In this document: one piece after another, positions 36,801 to 51,370 of the stretch
Layout of the letters: every line of letters begins with the position of its first letter
Numbering within the stretch: the first letter of the stretch is position 1
Assembly (NCBI GenBank): GCA_040954595.2
Contig: CM082582.2
Location: forward strand, 1,054,001 to 1,118,000
Length of the DNA: 64,000 nucleotides
Direction of reading: 5' to 3'
Source: Balanoglossus misakiensis
Lineage: Eukaryota; Animalia; Hemichordata
Made by a program: the position numbers and the translations under genes
Notes under the pieces: generated by a model
Databases searched by the model: none
The model's input: the letters and a program-made list of their open reading frames with translations, nothing else
What the model was told of the DNA's origin: nothing

Positions 36801-39800
36801 ACCTTTGCGTCAACATTGATTAACTAGGCCATGCAGAGCTAGTGGCCAGTGTCGTGCCCATCAATTTTGAGTGTTTGGTGGGGTCAACCTTTGCGTCAAC
36901 ATTGATAAACCAGGCCATGCAGAGCTAGTGGCCAGTGTCGTGCCCATTAATTTTGAGTGTTTGGTGGGGTCAACCTTTGCGTCAACATTGATTAACCAGG
37001 CCATGCAGAGCTAGTGGCCAGTGTCGTGCCCATCAATTTTGAGTGTTTGGTGGGGTCAACCTTTGCGTCAACATTGATAAACCAGGCCATGCAGAGCTAG
37101 TGGCCAGTGTCGTGCCCATTAATTTTGAGTGTTTGGTGGGGTCAACCTTTGCGTCAACATTGATTAACCAGGCCATGCAGAGCTAGTGGCCAGTGTCGTG
37201 CCCATCAATTTTGCGTGTTTGGTGGGGTCAACGTTTGCGTCAACATTGATAAACCAGGCCATGCAGAGCTAGTGGCCAGTGTCGTGCCCATTAATTTTGA
37301 GTGTTTGGTGGGGTCAACCCCTGCGTCAACATTGATTAGCCAGGCCAGAGCTTAGTGGCCAGTGTCGCGCCCATTAATTTTGAGTGTTTGGTGGGGTTAA
37401 CCCTTGCGTCAACCTGGATTAGCCAGGCCAGAGCTAGGGGCTAGTGTCGCGCCCATCAATTTTGAGTGTTTGGTGGGGTCAACCTTTGCGTCAACCTTGA
37501 TTAGCCACGCCAGAGCTAGTGGCCAGTGTCGTGCCCATCAATTTTGAGTGTTTGGTGGGGTCAACCCTTGCGTCAACATTGATTAGCCAGGCCAGAGCTA
37601 GTGGCCAGTGTCGTGCCCATTAATTTTGAGTGTTTGGTGGGGTCAACCCTTGCGTCAACATTGATTAGCCAGGCCAAAGCTAGTGGCCAGTGTCGCGCCC
37701 ATCAATTTTGAGTGTTTGGTGGGGTCAACCCTTGCGTCAACATTGATTAGCCAGGCCAGAGCTAGTGGCGAGTGTCGCGCCCATCAATTTTGAGTGTTTG
37801 GTGGGGTCAACCTTTGCGTCAACATTGATTAACCAGGCCATGCAGAGCTAGTGGCCAGTGTCGTGCCCATTAATTTTGAGTGTTTGGTGGGGTCAACCTT
37901 TGCGTCAACATTGATTAACCAGGCCATGCAGAGCTAGTGGCCAGTGTTGTGCCCATTAATTTTGAGTGTTTGGTGGGGTCAACCTTTGCGTCAACATTGA
38001 TTAACCAGGCCATGCAGAGCTAGTGGCCAGTGTCGTGCCCATCAATTTTGAGTGTTTGGTGGGGTCAACCTTTGCGTCAACATTGATAAACCAGGCCATG
38101 CAGAGCTAGTGGCCAGTGTCGTGCCCATTAATTTTGAGTGTTTGGTGGGGTCAACCTTTGCGTCAACATTGATTAACCAGGCCAGAGCTTAGTGGCCAGT
38201 GTCGTGCCCATAAATTTTGAGTGTTTGGTGGGGTCAACCCTTGCGTCAACCTTGATTAGCCAGGCCAGAGCTTAGTGGCCAGTGTCGTGCCCATCAATTT
38301 TGAGTGTTTGGTGGGGTCAACCTTTGCGTCAACATTGATTAACCAGGCCATGCAGAGCTAGTGGCCAGTGTCGTGCCCATCAATTTTGAGTGTTTGGTGG
38401 GGTCAACCTTTGCGTCAACATTGATAAACCAGGCCATGCAGAGCTAGTGGCCAGTGTCGTGCCCATTAATTTTGAGTGTTTGGTGGGGTCAACCTTTGCG
38501 TCAACATTGATTAACCAGGCCATGCAGAGCTAGTGGCCAGTGTCGTGCCCATTAATTTTGAGTGTTTGGTGGGGTCAACCTTTGCGTCAACATTGATAAA
38601 CCAGGCCATGCAGAGCTAGTGGCCAGTGTCGTGCCCATTAATTTTGAGTGTTTGGTGGGGTCAACCTTTGCGTCAACATTGATTAACCAGGCCATGCAGA
38701 GCTAGTGGCCAGTGTCGTGCCCATTAATTTTGAGTGTTTGGTGGGGTCAACCTTTGCGTCAACATTGATTAACCAGGCCATGCAGAGCTAGTGGCCAGTG
38801 TCGTGCTCATCAATTTTGAGTGTTTGGTGGGGTCAACCTTTGCGTCAACATTGATAAACCAGGCCATGCAGAGCTAGTGGCCAGTGTCGTGCCCATTAAT
38901 TTTGAGTGTTTGGTGGGGTCAACCTTTGCGTCAACATTGATTAACCAGGCCAGAGCTTAGTGGCCAGTGTCGTGCCCATTAATTTTGAGTGTTTGGTGGG
39001 GTCAACCTTTGCGTCAACATTGATTAACCAGGCCAGAGCTTAGTGGCCAGTGTCGTGCCCATTAATTTTGAGTGTTTGGTGGGGTCAACCTTTGCGTCAA
39101 CATTGATTAACCAGGCCAGAGCTTAGTGGCCAGTGTCGTGCCCATAAATTTTGAGTGTTTGGTGGGGTCAACCCTTGCGTCAACCTTGATTAGCCAGGCC
39201 AGAGCTAGTGGCCAGTGTCGTGCCCATCAATTGTGAGTGTTTGGTGGGGTCAACCCCTGCGTCAACATTGATTAGCCAGGCCAGAGCTTAGTGGCCAGTG
39301 TCGCGCCCATTAATTTTGAGTGTTTGGTGGGGTTAACCCTTGCGTCAGCCTGGATTAGCCAGGCCAGAGCTAGGGGCCAGTGTCGCGCCCATCAATTTTG
39401 AGTGTTTGGTGGGGTCAACCTTTGCGTCAACCTTGATTAGCCACGCCAGAGCTAGTGGCCAGTGTCGTGCCCATCAATTTTGAGTGTTTGGTGTGGTCAA
39501 CCCTTGCGTCAACATTGATTAGCCAGGCCAGAGCTAGTGGCCAGTGTCGCGCCCATTAATTTTGAGTGTTTGGTGGGGTCAACCCTTGCGTCAACATTGA
39601 TTAGACAGGCCAGAGCTAGTGGCCAGTGTCGCGCCCATCAATTTTGAGTGTTTGGTGGGGTCAACCCTTGCGTCAACATTGATTAGCCACGCCAGAGCTA
39701 GTGGCGAGTGTCGCACCCATCAATTTTGAGTGTTTGGTTGGGTCAACCCTTGCGTCAACCTTGATTAGCCAGGCCAGAGCTAGTGGCCAGTGTCGTGCCC

Positions 39801-42800
39801 TTCAATTTTGAGTGTTTGGTGGGGTCAACCTTTGCGTCAACATTGATTAACCAGGCCAGAGCTTAGTGGCCAGTGTCGTGCCCATAAATTTTGAGTGTTT
39901 GGTGGGGTCAACCCTTGCGTCAACCTTGATTAGCCAGGCCAGAGCTTAGTGGCCAGTGTCGTGCCCATCAATTTTGAGTGTTTGGTGGGGTCAACCTTTG
40001 CGTCAACATTGATTAACCAGGCCATGCAGAGCTAGTGGCCAGTGTCGTGCCCATCAATTTTGAGTGTTTGGTGGGGTCAACCTTTGCGTCAACATTGATA
40101 AACCAGGCCATGCAGAGCTAGTGGCCAGTGTCGTGCCCATTAATTTTGAGTGTTTGGTGGGGTCAACCTTTGCGTCAACATTGATTAACCAGGCCATGCA
40201 GAGCTAGTGGCCAGTGTCGTGCCCATTAATTTTGAGTGTTTGGTGGGGTCAACCTTTGCGTCAACATTGATAAACCAGGCCATGCAGAGCTAGTGGCCAG
40301 TGTCGTGCCCATTAATTTTGAGTGTTTGGTGGGGTCAACCTTTGCGTCAACATTGATTAACCAGGCCATGCAGAGCTAGTGGCCAGTGTCGTGCCCATTA
40401 ATTTTGAGTGTTTGGTGGGGTCAACCTTTGCGTCAACATTGATTAACCAGGCCATGCAGAGCTAGTGGCCAGTGTCGTGCTCATCAATTTTGAGTGTTTG
40501 GTGGGGTCAACCTTTGCGTCAACATTGATAAACCAGGCCATGCAGAGCTAGTGGCCAGTGTCGTGCCCATTAATTTTGAGTGTTTGGTGGGGTCAACCTT
40601 TGCGTCAACATTGATTAACCAGGCCAGAGCTTAGTGGCCAGTGTCGTGCCCATTAATTTTGAGTGTTTGGTGGGGTCAACCTTTGCGTCAACATTGATTA
40701 ACCAGGCCAGAGCTTAGTGGCCAGTGTCGTGCCCATTAATTTTGAGTGTTTGGTGGGGTCAACCTTTGCGTCAACATTGATTAACCAGGCCAGAGCTTAG
40801 TGGCCAGTGTCGTGCCCATAAATTTTGAGTGTTTGGTGGGGTCAACCCTTGCGTCAACCTTGATTAGCCAGGCCAGAGCTAGTGGCCAGTGTCGTGCCCA
40901 TCAATTGTGAGTGTTTGGTGGGGTCAACCCCTGCGTCAACATTGATTAGCCAGGCCAGAGCTTAGTGGCCAGTGTCGCGCCCATTAATTTTGAGTGTTTG
41001 GTGGGGTTAACCCTTGCGTCAGCCTGGATTAGCCAGGCCAGAGCTAGGGGCCAGTGTCGCGCCCATCAATTTTGAGTGTTTGGTGGGGTCAACCTTTGCG
41101 TCAACCTTGATTAGCCACGCCAGAGCTAGTGGCCAGTGTCGTGCCCATCAATTTTGAGTGTTTGGTGTGGTCAACCCTTGCGTCAACATTGATTAGCCAG
41201 GCCAGAGCTAGTGGCCAGTGTCGCGCCCATTAATTTTGAGTGTTTGGTGGGGTCAACCCTTGCGTCAACATTGATTAGACAGGCCAGAGCTAGTGGCCAG
41301 TGTCGCGCCCATCAATTTTGAGTGTTTGGTGGGGTCAACCCTTGCGTCAACATTGATTAGCCACGCCAGAGCTAGTGGCGAGTGTCGCACCCATCAATTT
41401 TGAGTGTTTGGTTGGGTCAACCCTTGCGTCAACCTTGATTAGCCAGGCCAGAGCTAGTGGCCAGTGTCGTGCCCTTCAATTATGAGTGTTTGGTGGGGTC
41501 AACCTTTGCGTCAACATTGATTAATCAGGCCATGCAGAGCTAGTGGCCAGTGTCGTGCCCATCAATTTTGAGTGTTTGGTGGGGTCAACCTTTGCGTCAA
41601 CATTGATTAACCAGGCCATGCAGAGCTAGTGGCCAGTGTCGTGCCCATTAATTTTGAGTGTTTGGTGGGGTCAACCTTTGCGTCAACATTGATTAACCAG
41701 GCCATGCAGAGCTAGTGGCCAGTGTTGTGCCCATTAATTTTGAGTGTTTGGTGGGGTCAACCTTTGCGTCAACATTGATTAACCAGGCCATGCAGACCTA
41801 GTGGCCAGTGTCGTGCCCATCAATTTTGAGTGTTTGGTGGGGTGAACCTTTGCGTCAACATTGATAAACCAGGCCATGCAGAGCTAGTGGCCAGTGTCGT
41901 GCCCATTAATTTTGAGTGTTTGGTGGGGTCAACCTTTGCGTCAACATTGATTAACCAGGCCAGAGCTTAGTGGCCAGTGTCGTGCCCATAAATTTTGAGT
42001 GTTTGGTGGGGTCAACCCTTGCGTCAACCTTGATTAGCCAGGCCAGAGCTAGTGGCCAGTGTCGTGCCCATCAATTATGAGTGTTTGGTGGGGTCAACCC
42101 CTGCGTCAACATTGATTAGCCAGGCCAGAGCTTAGTGGCCAGTGTCGCGCCCATTAATTTTGAGTGTTTGGTGGGGTTAACCCTTGCGTCAACCTGGATT
42201 AGCCAGGCCAGAGCTTAGTGGCCAGTGTCGTGCCCATTAATTTTGAGTGTTTGGTGGGGTCAACCTTTGCGTCAACATTGATTAACTAGGCCATGCAGAG
42301 CTAGTGGCCAGTGTCGTGCCCATCAATTTTGAGTGTTTGGTGGGGTCAACCTTTGCGTCAACATTGATAAACCAGGCCATGCAGAGCTAGTGGCCAGTGT
42401 CGTGCCCATTAATTTTGAGTGTTTGGTGGGGTCAACCTTTGCGTCAACATTGATTAACCAGGCCATGCAGAGCTAGTGGCCAGTGTCGTGCCCATCAATT
42501 TTGAGTGTTTGGTGGGGTCAACCTTTGCGTCAACATTGATAAACCAGGCCATGCAGAGCTAGTGGCCAGTGTCGTGCCCATTAATTTTGAGTGTTTGGTG
42601 GGGTCAACCTTTGCGTCAACATTGATTAACCAGGCCATGCAGAGCTAGTGGCCAGTGTCGTGCCCATTAATTTTGAGTGTTTGGTGGGGTCAACCTTTGC
42701 GTCAACATTGATTAACCAGGCCATGCAGAGCTAGTGGCCAGTGTCGTGCCCATCAATTTTGAGTGTTTGGTGGGGTCAACCTTTGCGTCAACATTGATAA

Positions 42801-45800
42801 ACCAGGCCATGCAGAGCTAGTGGCCAGTGTCGTGCCCATTAATTTTGAGTGTTTGGTGGGGTCAACCCCTGCGTCAACATTGATTAGCCAGGCCAGAGCT
42901 TAGTGGCCAGTGTCGCGCCCATTAATTTTGAGTGTTTGGTGGGGTTAACCCTTGCGTCAACCTGGATTAGCCAGGCCAGAGCTAGGGGCTAGTGTCGCGC
43001 CCATCAATTTTGAGTGTTTGGTGGGGTCAACCTTTGCGTCAACCTTGATTAGCCACGCCAGAGCTAGTGGCCAGTGTCGTGCCCATCAATTTTGAGTGTT
43101 TGGTGGGGTCAACCCTTGCGTCAACATTGATTAGCCAGGCCAGAGCTAGTGGCCAGTGTCGTGCCCATTAATTTTGAGTGTTTGGTGGGGTCAACCCTTG
43201 CGTCAACATTGATTAGCCAGGCCAAAGCTAGTGGCCAGTGTCGCGCCCATCAATTTTGAGTGTTTGGTGGGGTCAACCCTTGCGTCAACATTGATTAGCC
43301 AGGCCAGAGCTAGTGGCGAGTGTCGCGCCCATCAATTTTGAGTGTTTGGTGGGGTCAACCTTTGCGTCAACATTGATTAACCAGGCCATGCAGAGCTAGT
43401 GGCCAGTGTCGTGCCCATTAATTTTGAGTGTTTGGTGGGGTCAACCTTTGCGTCAACATTGATTAACCAGGCCATGCAGAGCTAGTGGCCAGTGTTGTGC
43501 CCATTAATTTTGAGTGTTTGGTGGGGTCAACCTTTGCGTCAACATTGATTAACCAGGCCATGCAGAGCTAGTGGCCAGTGTCGTGCCCATCAATTTTGAG
43601 TGTTTGGTGGGGTCAACCTTTGCGTCAACATTGATAAACCAGGCCATGCAGAGCTAGTGGCCAGTGTCGTGCCCATTAATTTTGAGTGTTTGGTGGGGTC
43701 AACCTTTGCGTCAACATTGATTAACCAGGCCAGAGCTTAGTGGCCAGTGTCGTGCCCATAAATTTTGAGTGTTTGGTGGGGTCAACCCTTGCGTCAACCT
43801 TGATTAGCCAGGCCAGAGCTTAGTGGCCAGTGTCGTGCCCATCAATTTTGAGTGTTTGGTGGGGTCAACCTTTGCGTCAACATTGATTAACCAGGCCATG
43901 CAGAGCTAGTGGCCAGTGTCGTGCCCATCAATTTTGAGTGTTTGGTGGGGTCAACCTTTGCGTCAACATTGATTAACCAGGCCATGCAGAGCTAGTGGCC
44001 AGTGTCGTGCCCATTAATTTTGAGTGTTTGGTGGGGTCAACCTTTGCGTCAACATTGATAAACCAGGCCATGCAGAGCTAGTGGCCAGTGTCGTGCCCAT
44101 TAATTTTGAGTGTTTGGTGGGGTCAACCCCTGCGTCAACATTGATTAGCCAGGCCAGAGCTTAGTGGCCAGTGTCGCGCCCATTAATTTTGAGTGTTTGG
44201 TGGGGTTAACCCTTGCGTCAACCTGGATTAGCCAGGCCAGAGCTAGGGGCCAGTGTCGCGCCCATCAATTTTAAGTGTTTGGTGGGGTCAACCTTTGCGT
44301 CAACCTTGATTAGCCACGCCAGAGCTAGTGGCCAGTGTCGTGCCCATCAATTTTGAGTGATTGGTGGGGTCAACCCTTGCGTCAACATTGATTAGCCAGG
44401 CCAGAGCTAGTGGCCAGTGTCGTGCCCATTAATTTTGAGTGTTTGGTGGGGTCAACCCTTGCGTCAACATTGATTAGCCAGGCCAGAGCTAGTGGCCAGT
44501 GTCGCGCCCATCAATTTTGAGTGTTTGGTGGGGTCAACCCTTGCGTCAACATTGATTAGCCAGGCCAGAGCTAGTGGCGAGTGTCGCGCCCATCAATTTT
44601 GAGTGTTTGGTGGGGTCAACCTTTGCGTCAACATTGATTAACCAGGCCATGCAGAGCCAGTGGCCAGTGTCGTGCCCATCAATTTTGAGTGTTTGGTGGG
44701 GTCAACCTTTGCGTCAACATTGATTAACCAGGCCATGCAGAGCTAGTGGCCAGTGTCGTGCCCATCAATTTTGAGTGTTTGGTAGGGTCAACCTTTGCGT
44801 CAACATTGATTAACCAGGCCATGCAGAGCTAGTGGCCAGTGTCGTGCCCATCAATTTTGAGTGTTTGGTGGGGTCAACCTTTGCGTCAACATTGATTAAC
44901 CAGGCCATGCAGAGCTAGTGGCCAGTGTCGTGCCCATCAATTATGAGTGTTTGGTGGGGTCAACCCTTGCGTCAACCTTGATTAGCCAGGCCAGAGCTTA
45001 GTGGCCAGTGTCGTGCCCATCAATTTTGAGTGTTTGGTGGGGTCAACCCTTGCGTCAACCTTGATTAGCCAGGCCAGAGCTAGTGGCCAGTGTCGTGCCC
45101 ATCAATTATGAGTGTTTGGCGGGGTCAACCCTTGCGTCAACATTGATTAGCCAGGCCAGAGCTAGTGGCCAGTGTCGCGCCCATTAATTTTGAGTGTTTG
45201 GTGGGGTCAACCTTTGCGTCAACCTTGATTAGCCAGGCCATGCAGAGCTAGGGGCCAGTGTCGTGCCCATCAATTTTGAGTGTTTGGTGGGGTCAACCTT
45301 TGCGTCAACCTTGATTAGCCAGGCCATGCAGAGCTAGTGGCCAGTGTCGTGCCCATTAATTTTGAGTGTTTGGTGGGGTTAACCCTTGCGTCAACCTGGA
45401 TTAGCCAGGCCAGAGCTTAGTGGCCAGTGTCGTGCCCATCAATTTTGAGTGTTTGGTGGGGTCAACCTTTGCGTCAACATTGATAAACCAGGCCATGCAG
45501 AGCTAGTGGCCAGTGTCGTGCCCATTAATTTTGAGTGTTTGGTGGGGTCAACCTTTGCGTCAACATTGATTAACCAGGCCATGCAGAGCTAGTGGCCAGT
45601 GTCGTGCCCATCAATTTTGAGTGTTTGGTGGGGTCAACCTTTGCGTCAACATTGATAAACCAGGCCATGCAGAGCTAGTGGCCAGTGTCGTGCCCATCAA
45701 TTATGAGTGTTTGGTGGGGTCAACCCCTGCGTCAACATTGATTAGCCAGGCCAGAGCTTAGTGGCCAGTGTCGCGCCCATTAATTTTGAGTGTTTGGTGG

Positions 45801-48800
45801 GGTTAACCCTTGCGTCAACCTGGATTAGCCAGGCCAGAGCTTAGTGGCCAGTGTCGTGCCCATTAATTTTGAGTGTTTGGTGGGGTCAACCTTTGCGTCA
45901 ACATTGATTAACTAGGCCATGCAGAGCTAGTGGCCAGTGTCGTGCCCATCAATTTTGAGTGTTTGGTGGGGTCAACCTTTGCGTCAACATTGATAAACCA
46001 GGCCATGCAGAGCTAGTGGCCAGTGTCGTGCCCATTAATTTTGAGTGTTTGGTGGGGTCAACCTTTGCGTCAACATTGATTAACCAGGCCATGCAGAGCT
46101 AGTGGCCAGTGTCGTGCCCATCAATTTTGAGTGTTTGGTGGGGTCAACCTTTGCGTCAACATTGATAAACCAGGCCATGCAGAGCTAGTGGCCAGTGTCG
46201 TGCCCATTAATTTTGAGTGTTTGGTGGGGTCAACCTTTGCGTCAACATTGATTAACCAGGCCATGCAGAGCTAGTGGCCAGTGTCGTGCCCATTAATTTT
46301 GAGTGTTTGGTGGGGTCAACCTTTGCGTCAACATTGATTAACCAGGCCATGCAGAGCTAGTGGCCAGTGTCGTGCCCATCAATTTTGAGTGTTTGGTGGG
46401 GTCAACCTTTGCGTCAACATTGATAAACCAGGCCATGCAGAGCTAGTGGCCAGTGTCGTGCCCATTAATTTTGAGTGTTTGGTGGGGTCAACCCCTGCGT
46501 CAACATTGATTAGCCAGGCCAGAGCTTAGTGGCCAGTGTCGCGCCCATTAATTTTGAGTGTTTGGTGGGGTTAACCCTTGCGTCAACCTGGATTAGCCAG
46601 GCCAGAGCTAGTGGCCAGTGTCATGCCCATCAATTTTGAGTGATTGGTGGGGTCAACCTTTGCGTCAACCTTGATTAGCCACGCCAGAGCTAGTGGCCAG
46701 TGTCGTGCCCATCAATTTTGAGTGATTGGTGGGGTCAACCCTTGCGTCAACATTGATTAGCCAGGCCAGAGCTAGTGGCCAGTGTCGTGCCCATTAATTT
46801 TGAGTGTTTGGTGGGGTCAACCCTTGCGTCAACATTGATTAGCCAGGCCAGAGCTAGTGGCCAGTGTCGCGCCCATCAATTTTGAGTGTTTGGTGGGGTC
46901 AACCCTTGCGTCAACATTGATTAGCCAGGCCAGAGCTAGTGGCGAGTGTCGCGCCCATCAATTTTGAGTGTTTGGTGGGGTCAACCTTTGCGTCAACATT
47001 GATTAACCAGGCCATGCAGAGCCAGTGGCCAGTGTCGTGCCCATCAATTTTGAGTGTTTGGTGGGGTCAACCTTTGCGTCAACATTGATTAACCAGGCCA
47101 TGCAGAGCTAGTGGCCAGTGTCGTGCCCATCAATTTTGAGTGTTTGGTAGGGTCAACCTTTGCGTCAACATTGATTAACCAGGCCATGCAGAGCTAGTGG
47201 CCAGTGTCGTGCCCATCAATTTTGAGTGTTTGGTGGGGTCAACCTTTGCGTCAACATTGATTAACCAGGCCATGCAGAGCTAGTGGCCAGTGTCGTGCCC
47301 ATCAATTATGAGTGTTTGGTGGGGTCAACCCTTGCGTCAACCTTGATTAGCCAGGCCAGAGCTTAGTGGCCAGTGTCGTGCCCATCAATTTTGAGTGTTT
47401 GGTGGGGTCAACCCTTGCGTCAACCTTGATTAGCCAGGCCAGAGCTAGTGGCCAGTGTCGTGCCCATCAATTATGAGTGTTTGGCGGGGTCAACCCTTGC
47501 GTCAACATTGATTAGCCAGGCCAGAGCTAGTGGCCAGTGTCGCGCCCATTAATTTTGAGTGTTTGGTGGGGTCAACCTTTGCGTCAACCTTGATTAGCCA
47601 GGCCATGCAGAGCTAGGGGCCAGTGTCGTGCCCATCAATTTTGAGTGTTTGGTGGGGTCAACCTTTGCGTCAACCTTGATTAGCCAGGCCATGCAGAGCT
47701 AGTGGCCAGTGTCGTGCCCATTAATTTTGAGTGTTTGGTGGGGTTAACCCTTGCGTCAACCTGGATTAGCCAGGCCAGAGCTTAGTGGCCAGTGTCGTGC
47801 CCATCAATTTTGAGTGTTTGGTGGGGTCAACCTTTGCGTCAACATTGATTAACCAGGCCATGCAGAGCTAGTGGCCAGTGTCGTGCCCATTAATTTTGAG
47901 TGTTTGGTGGGGTCAACCTTTGCGTCAACATTGATTAACCAGGCCATGCAGAGCTAGTGGCCAGTGTCGTGCCCATTAATTTTGAGTGTTTGGTGGGGTC
48001 AACCTTTGCGTCAACATTGATTAACCAGGCCATGCAGAGCTAGTGGCCAGTGTCGTGCCCATCAATTTTGAGTGTTTGGTGGGGTCAACCTTTGCGTCAA
48101 CATTGATTAACCAGGCCATGCAGAGCTAGTGGCCAGTGTCGTGCCCATCAATTTTGAGTGTTTGGTGGGGTCAACCTTTGCGTCAACATTGATTAACCAG
48201 GCCATCAGAGCTAGTGGCCAGTGTCGTGCCCATCAATTTTGAGTGTTTGGTGGGGTCAACCTTTGCGTCAACATTGATTAACCAGGCCATGCAGAACTAG
48301 TGGCCAGTGTCGTGCCCATCAATTTTGAGTGTTTGGTGGGGTCAACCTTTGCGTCAACATTGATTAACCAGGCCATGCAGAGCTAGTGGCCAGTGTCGTG
48401 CCCATCAATTTTGAGTGTTTGGTGGGGTCAACCTTTGCGTCAACATTGATTAACCAGGCCATGCAGAGCTAGTGGCCAGTGTCGTGCCCATCAATTTTGA
48501 GTGTTTGGTGGGGTCAACCTTTGCGTCAACATTGATTAGCCAGGCCATGCAGAGCTAGTGGCCAGTGTCGCGCCCATTAATTTTGAGTGTTTGGTGGGGT
48601 CAACCTTTGCGTCAACCTTGATTAGCCAGGCCATGCAGAGCTAGGGGCCAGTGTCGTGCCCATCAATTTTGAGTGTTTGGTGGGGTCAACCTTTGCGTCA
48701 ACCTTGATTAGCCAGGCCATGCAGAGCTAGTGGCCAGTGTCGTGCCCATCAATTTTGAGTGTTTGGTGGGGTCAACCTTTGCGTCAACATTGATTAACCA

Positions 48801-50103
48801 GGCCATGCAGAGCTAGTGGCCAGTGTCGTGCCCATTAATTTTGAGTGTTTGGTGGGGTCAACCTTTGCGTCAACATTGATTAACCAGGCCATGCAGAGCT
48901 AGTGGCCAGTGTCGTGCCCATCAATTTTGAGTGTTTGGTGGGGTCAACCTTTGCGTCAACATTGATTAACCAGGCCATGCAGAGCTAGTGGCCAGTGTCG
49001 TGCCCATCAATTTTGAGTGTTTGGTGGGGTCAACCTTTGCGTCAACATTGATTAACCAGGCCATGCAGAGCTAGTGGCCAGTGTCGTGCCCATCAATTTT
49101 GAGTGTTTGGTGGGGTCAACCTTTGCGTCAACATTGATTAACCAGGCCATGCAGAGCTAGGGGCCAGTGTCGCGCCCATTAATTTTGAGTGTTTGGTGGG
49201 GTCAACCTTTGCGTCAACCTTGATTAGCCAGGCCATGCAGAGCTAGGGGCCAGTGTCGTGCCCATCAATTTTGAGTGTTTGGTGGGGTCAACCTTTGCGT
49301 CAACCTTGATTAGCCAGGCCATGCAGAGCTAGTGGCCAGTGTCGTGCCCATCAATTTTGAGTGTTTGGTGGGGTCAACCTTTGCGTCAACATTGATTAAC
49401 CAGGCCATGCAGAGCTAGTGGCCAGTGTCGTGCCCATTAATTTTGAGTGTTTGGTGGGGTCAACCTTTGCGTCAACATTGATTAACCAGGCCATGCAGAG
49501 CTAGTGGCCAGTGTCGTGCCCATCAATTTTGAGTGTTTGGTGGGGTCAACCTTTGCGTCAACATTGATTAACCAGGCCATGCAGAGCTAGTGGCCAGTGT
49601 CGTGCCCATCAATTTTGGGTGTTTGGTGGGGTCAACCTTTGCGTCAACATTGATTAACCAGGCCATGCAGAGCTAGTGGCCAGTGTCGTGCCCATCAATT
49701 TTGAGTGTTTGGTGGGGTCAACCTTTGCGTCAACATTGATTAACCAGGCCATGCAGAGCTAGTGGCCAGTGTCGTGCCCATCAATTTTGAGTGTTTGGTG
49801 GGGTCAACCTTTGCGTCAACATTGATTAACCAGGCCATGCAGAGCTAGTGGCCAGTGTCGTGCCCATCAATTTTGAGTGTTTGGTGGGGTCAACCTTTGC
49901 GTCAACATTGATTAACCAGGCCATGCAGAGCTAGTGGCCAGTGTCGTGCCCATCAATTTTGAGTGTTTGGTGGGGTCAACCTTTGCGTCAACATTGATTA
50001 ACCAGGCCATGCAGAGCTAGTGGCCAGTGTCGTGCCCATTAATTTTGAGTGTTTGGTAGGGTCAACCTTTGCGTCAACATTGATTAACCAGCCCATGCAG
50101 AGC
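33896..50103. repeat. 86-bp satellite array (82/83-bp variants), about 190 units, with higher-order structure
   Basis: Unit TAGTGGCCAGTGTCGTGCCCATTAATTTTGAGTGTTTGGTGGGGTCAACCTTTGCGTCAACATTGATTAACCAGGCCATGCAGAGC repeated head to tail with no spacers. Confidence 0.99.
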
Positions 50104-50714
50104 TACATGTATGTTGCCTGTAAGGCACACATCTCCAATTGGTACATTGGGCCTATCATACTGTACATGTACAACTAGGAAAATGTACTTCATCATATTT
50201 CCATAGTCAGCAGCTTCAAGAACATGTTGCCTTCTCTATATGAATGTTTAGACTAAAAAGAAGTATAAGAAGAATAAAGTTGTCCAATTATTGTTGGCAG
50301 GGGGTGGGGATGTGTGCTCCCATACAAATGTATAAGGGTATGTACTCTTTAAGAAAAACCTTCATATGCAAGAGAAAAATGGTAAATGACAAAGAAAATT
50401 TGACTGGTATTACAATAGGTCGGGTTTTTGGCATTTACACATATTGATGTTATCAACCGGGAAGCACACTACGTGCTGAAAATAATTGGAGACCTCTCGC
50501 CCGGGGTGTCGGCCAATGGCCACATACATTTCCAGTCCTAAACCTTGCATCAGTTCTGTGGTGCGGATTAAGAAATAAGATTGGCGCTACAATATGCCCA
50601 CTTAGTTTGAAATGGATTCTGCATATATACATGTAAACACATTGAAAATGAGACATTACACATATAATCATGGGACAAGAAGGGCAAAAATTAAATTATC
50701 CAGCAGGTGTTCGA

Positions 50715-51370
50715 ATTATGCAAATTAGAACAGTTGTCTAATATTGCCATGTCAACCACGTTGAAATTGTTTTAGGTACCCATATTAATTAAAACCGTGA
50801 AAATGCGATATTACACACCATATAAGACAAACCAGGGAAATTTACATGTTAGAGAAGTTTGTCAGCCATTTTGGATTATGCAAATAAGAACAGTTGTCTA
50901 ATATTGCCATGTCAACCATGCTGAAATTGTTTTAGTTACCCATGTTGATGAAAACCCTGCAAATGCGATTTTAGGCACCATATAAGACAAAACAGGGAAA
51001 TTTACATTTAAGAAGAGTTTGGTGGCCATTTTGGATTATGCAAATTAGAACAGCTGTCTAATATTGCCATGTCAACGACGTTGAAATTGTTTTAGGTACC
51101 CATATTGATGAAAACCCTGCAAATGCGATATTACACACTATTAAAGACAACCATAGTAAATTTACATGTTAGAGAAGTTTGTCGGCCATTCTAGATTATT
51201 CAAATTAGAACAGCTGTCTAACATTGCAATGTCAACCACGTTGAAATTGTTTTAGGTACCCATATTGATGAAAACCCTTCAAATGCGATACTACACGCTA
51301 TTTAAGACGACCATAGGAAATTTACATGTTAGTGGAGTTTGGCGGCCATTTTGGACTATGCAAATGAGAA
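50715..51370. repeat. 160-bp tandem repeat, about 4 diverged units
   Basis: ATTATGCAAATTAGAACAG motif recurs at 50715, 50875, 51035, 51195 and 51355. Confidence 0.9.

Noticed and set aside
33896-50103. CRISPR-like array
   Set aside because: Units are contiguous near-identical monomers with no unique spacers and no cas genes; the context is eukaryotic.
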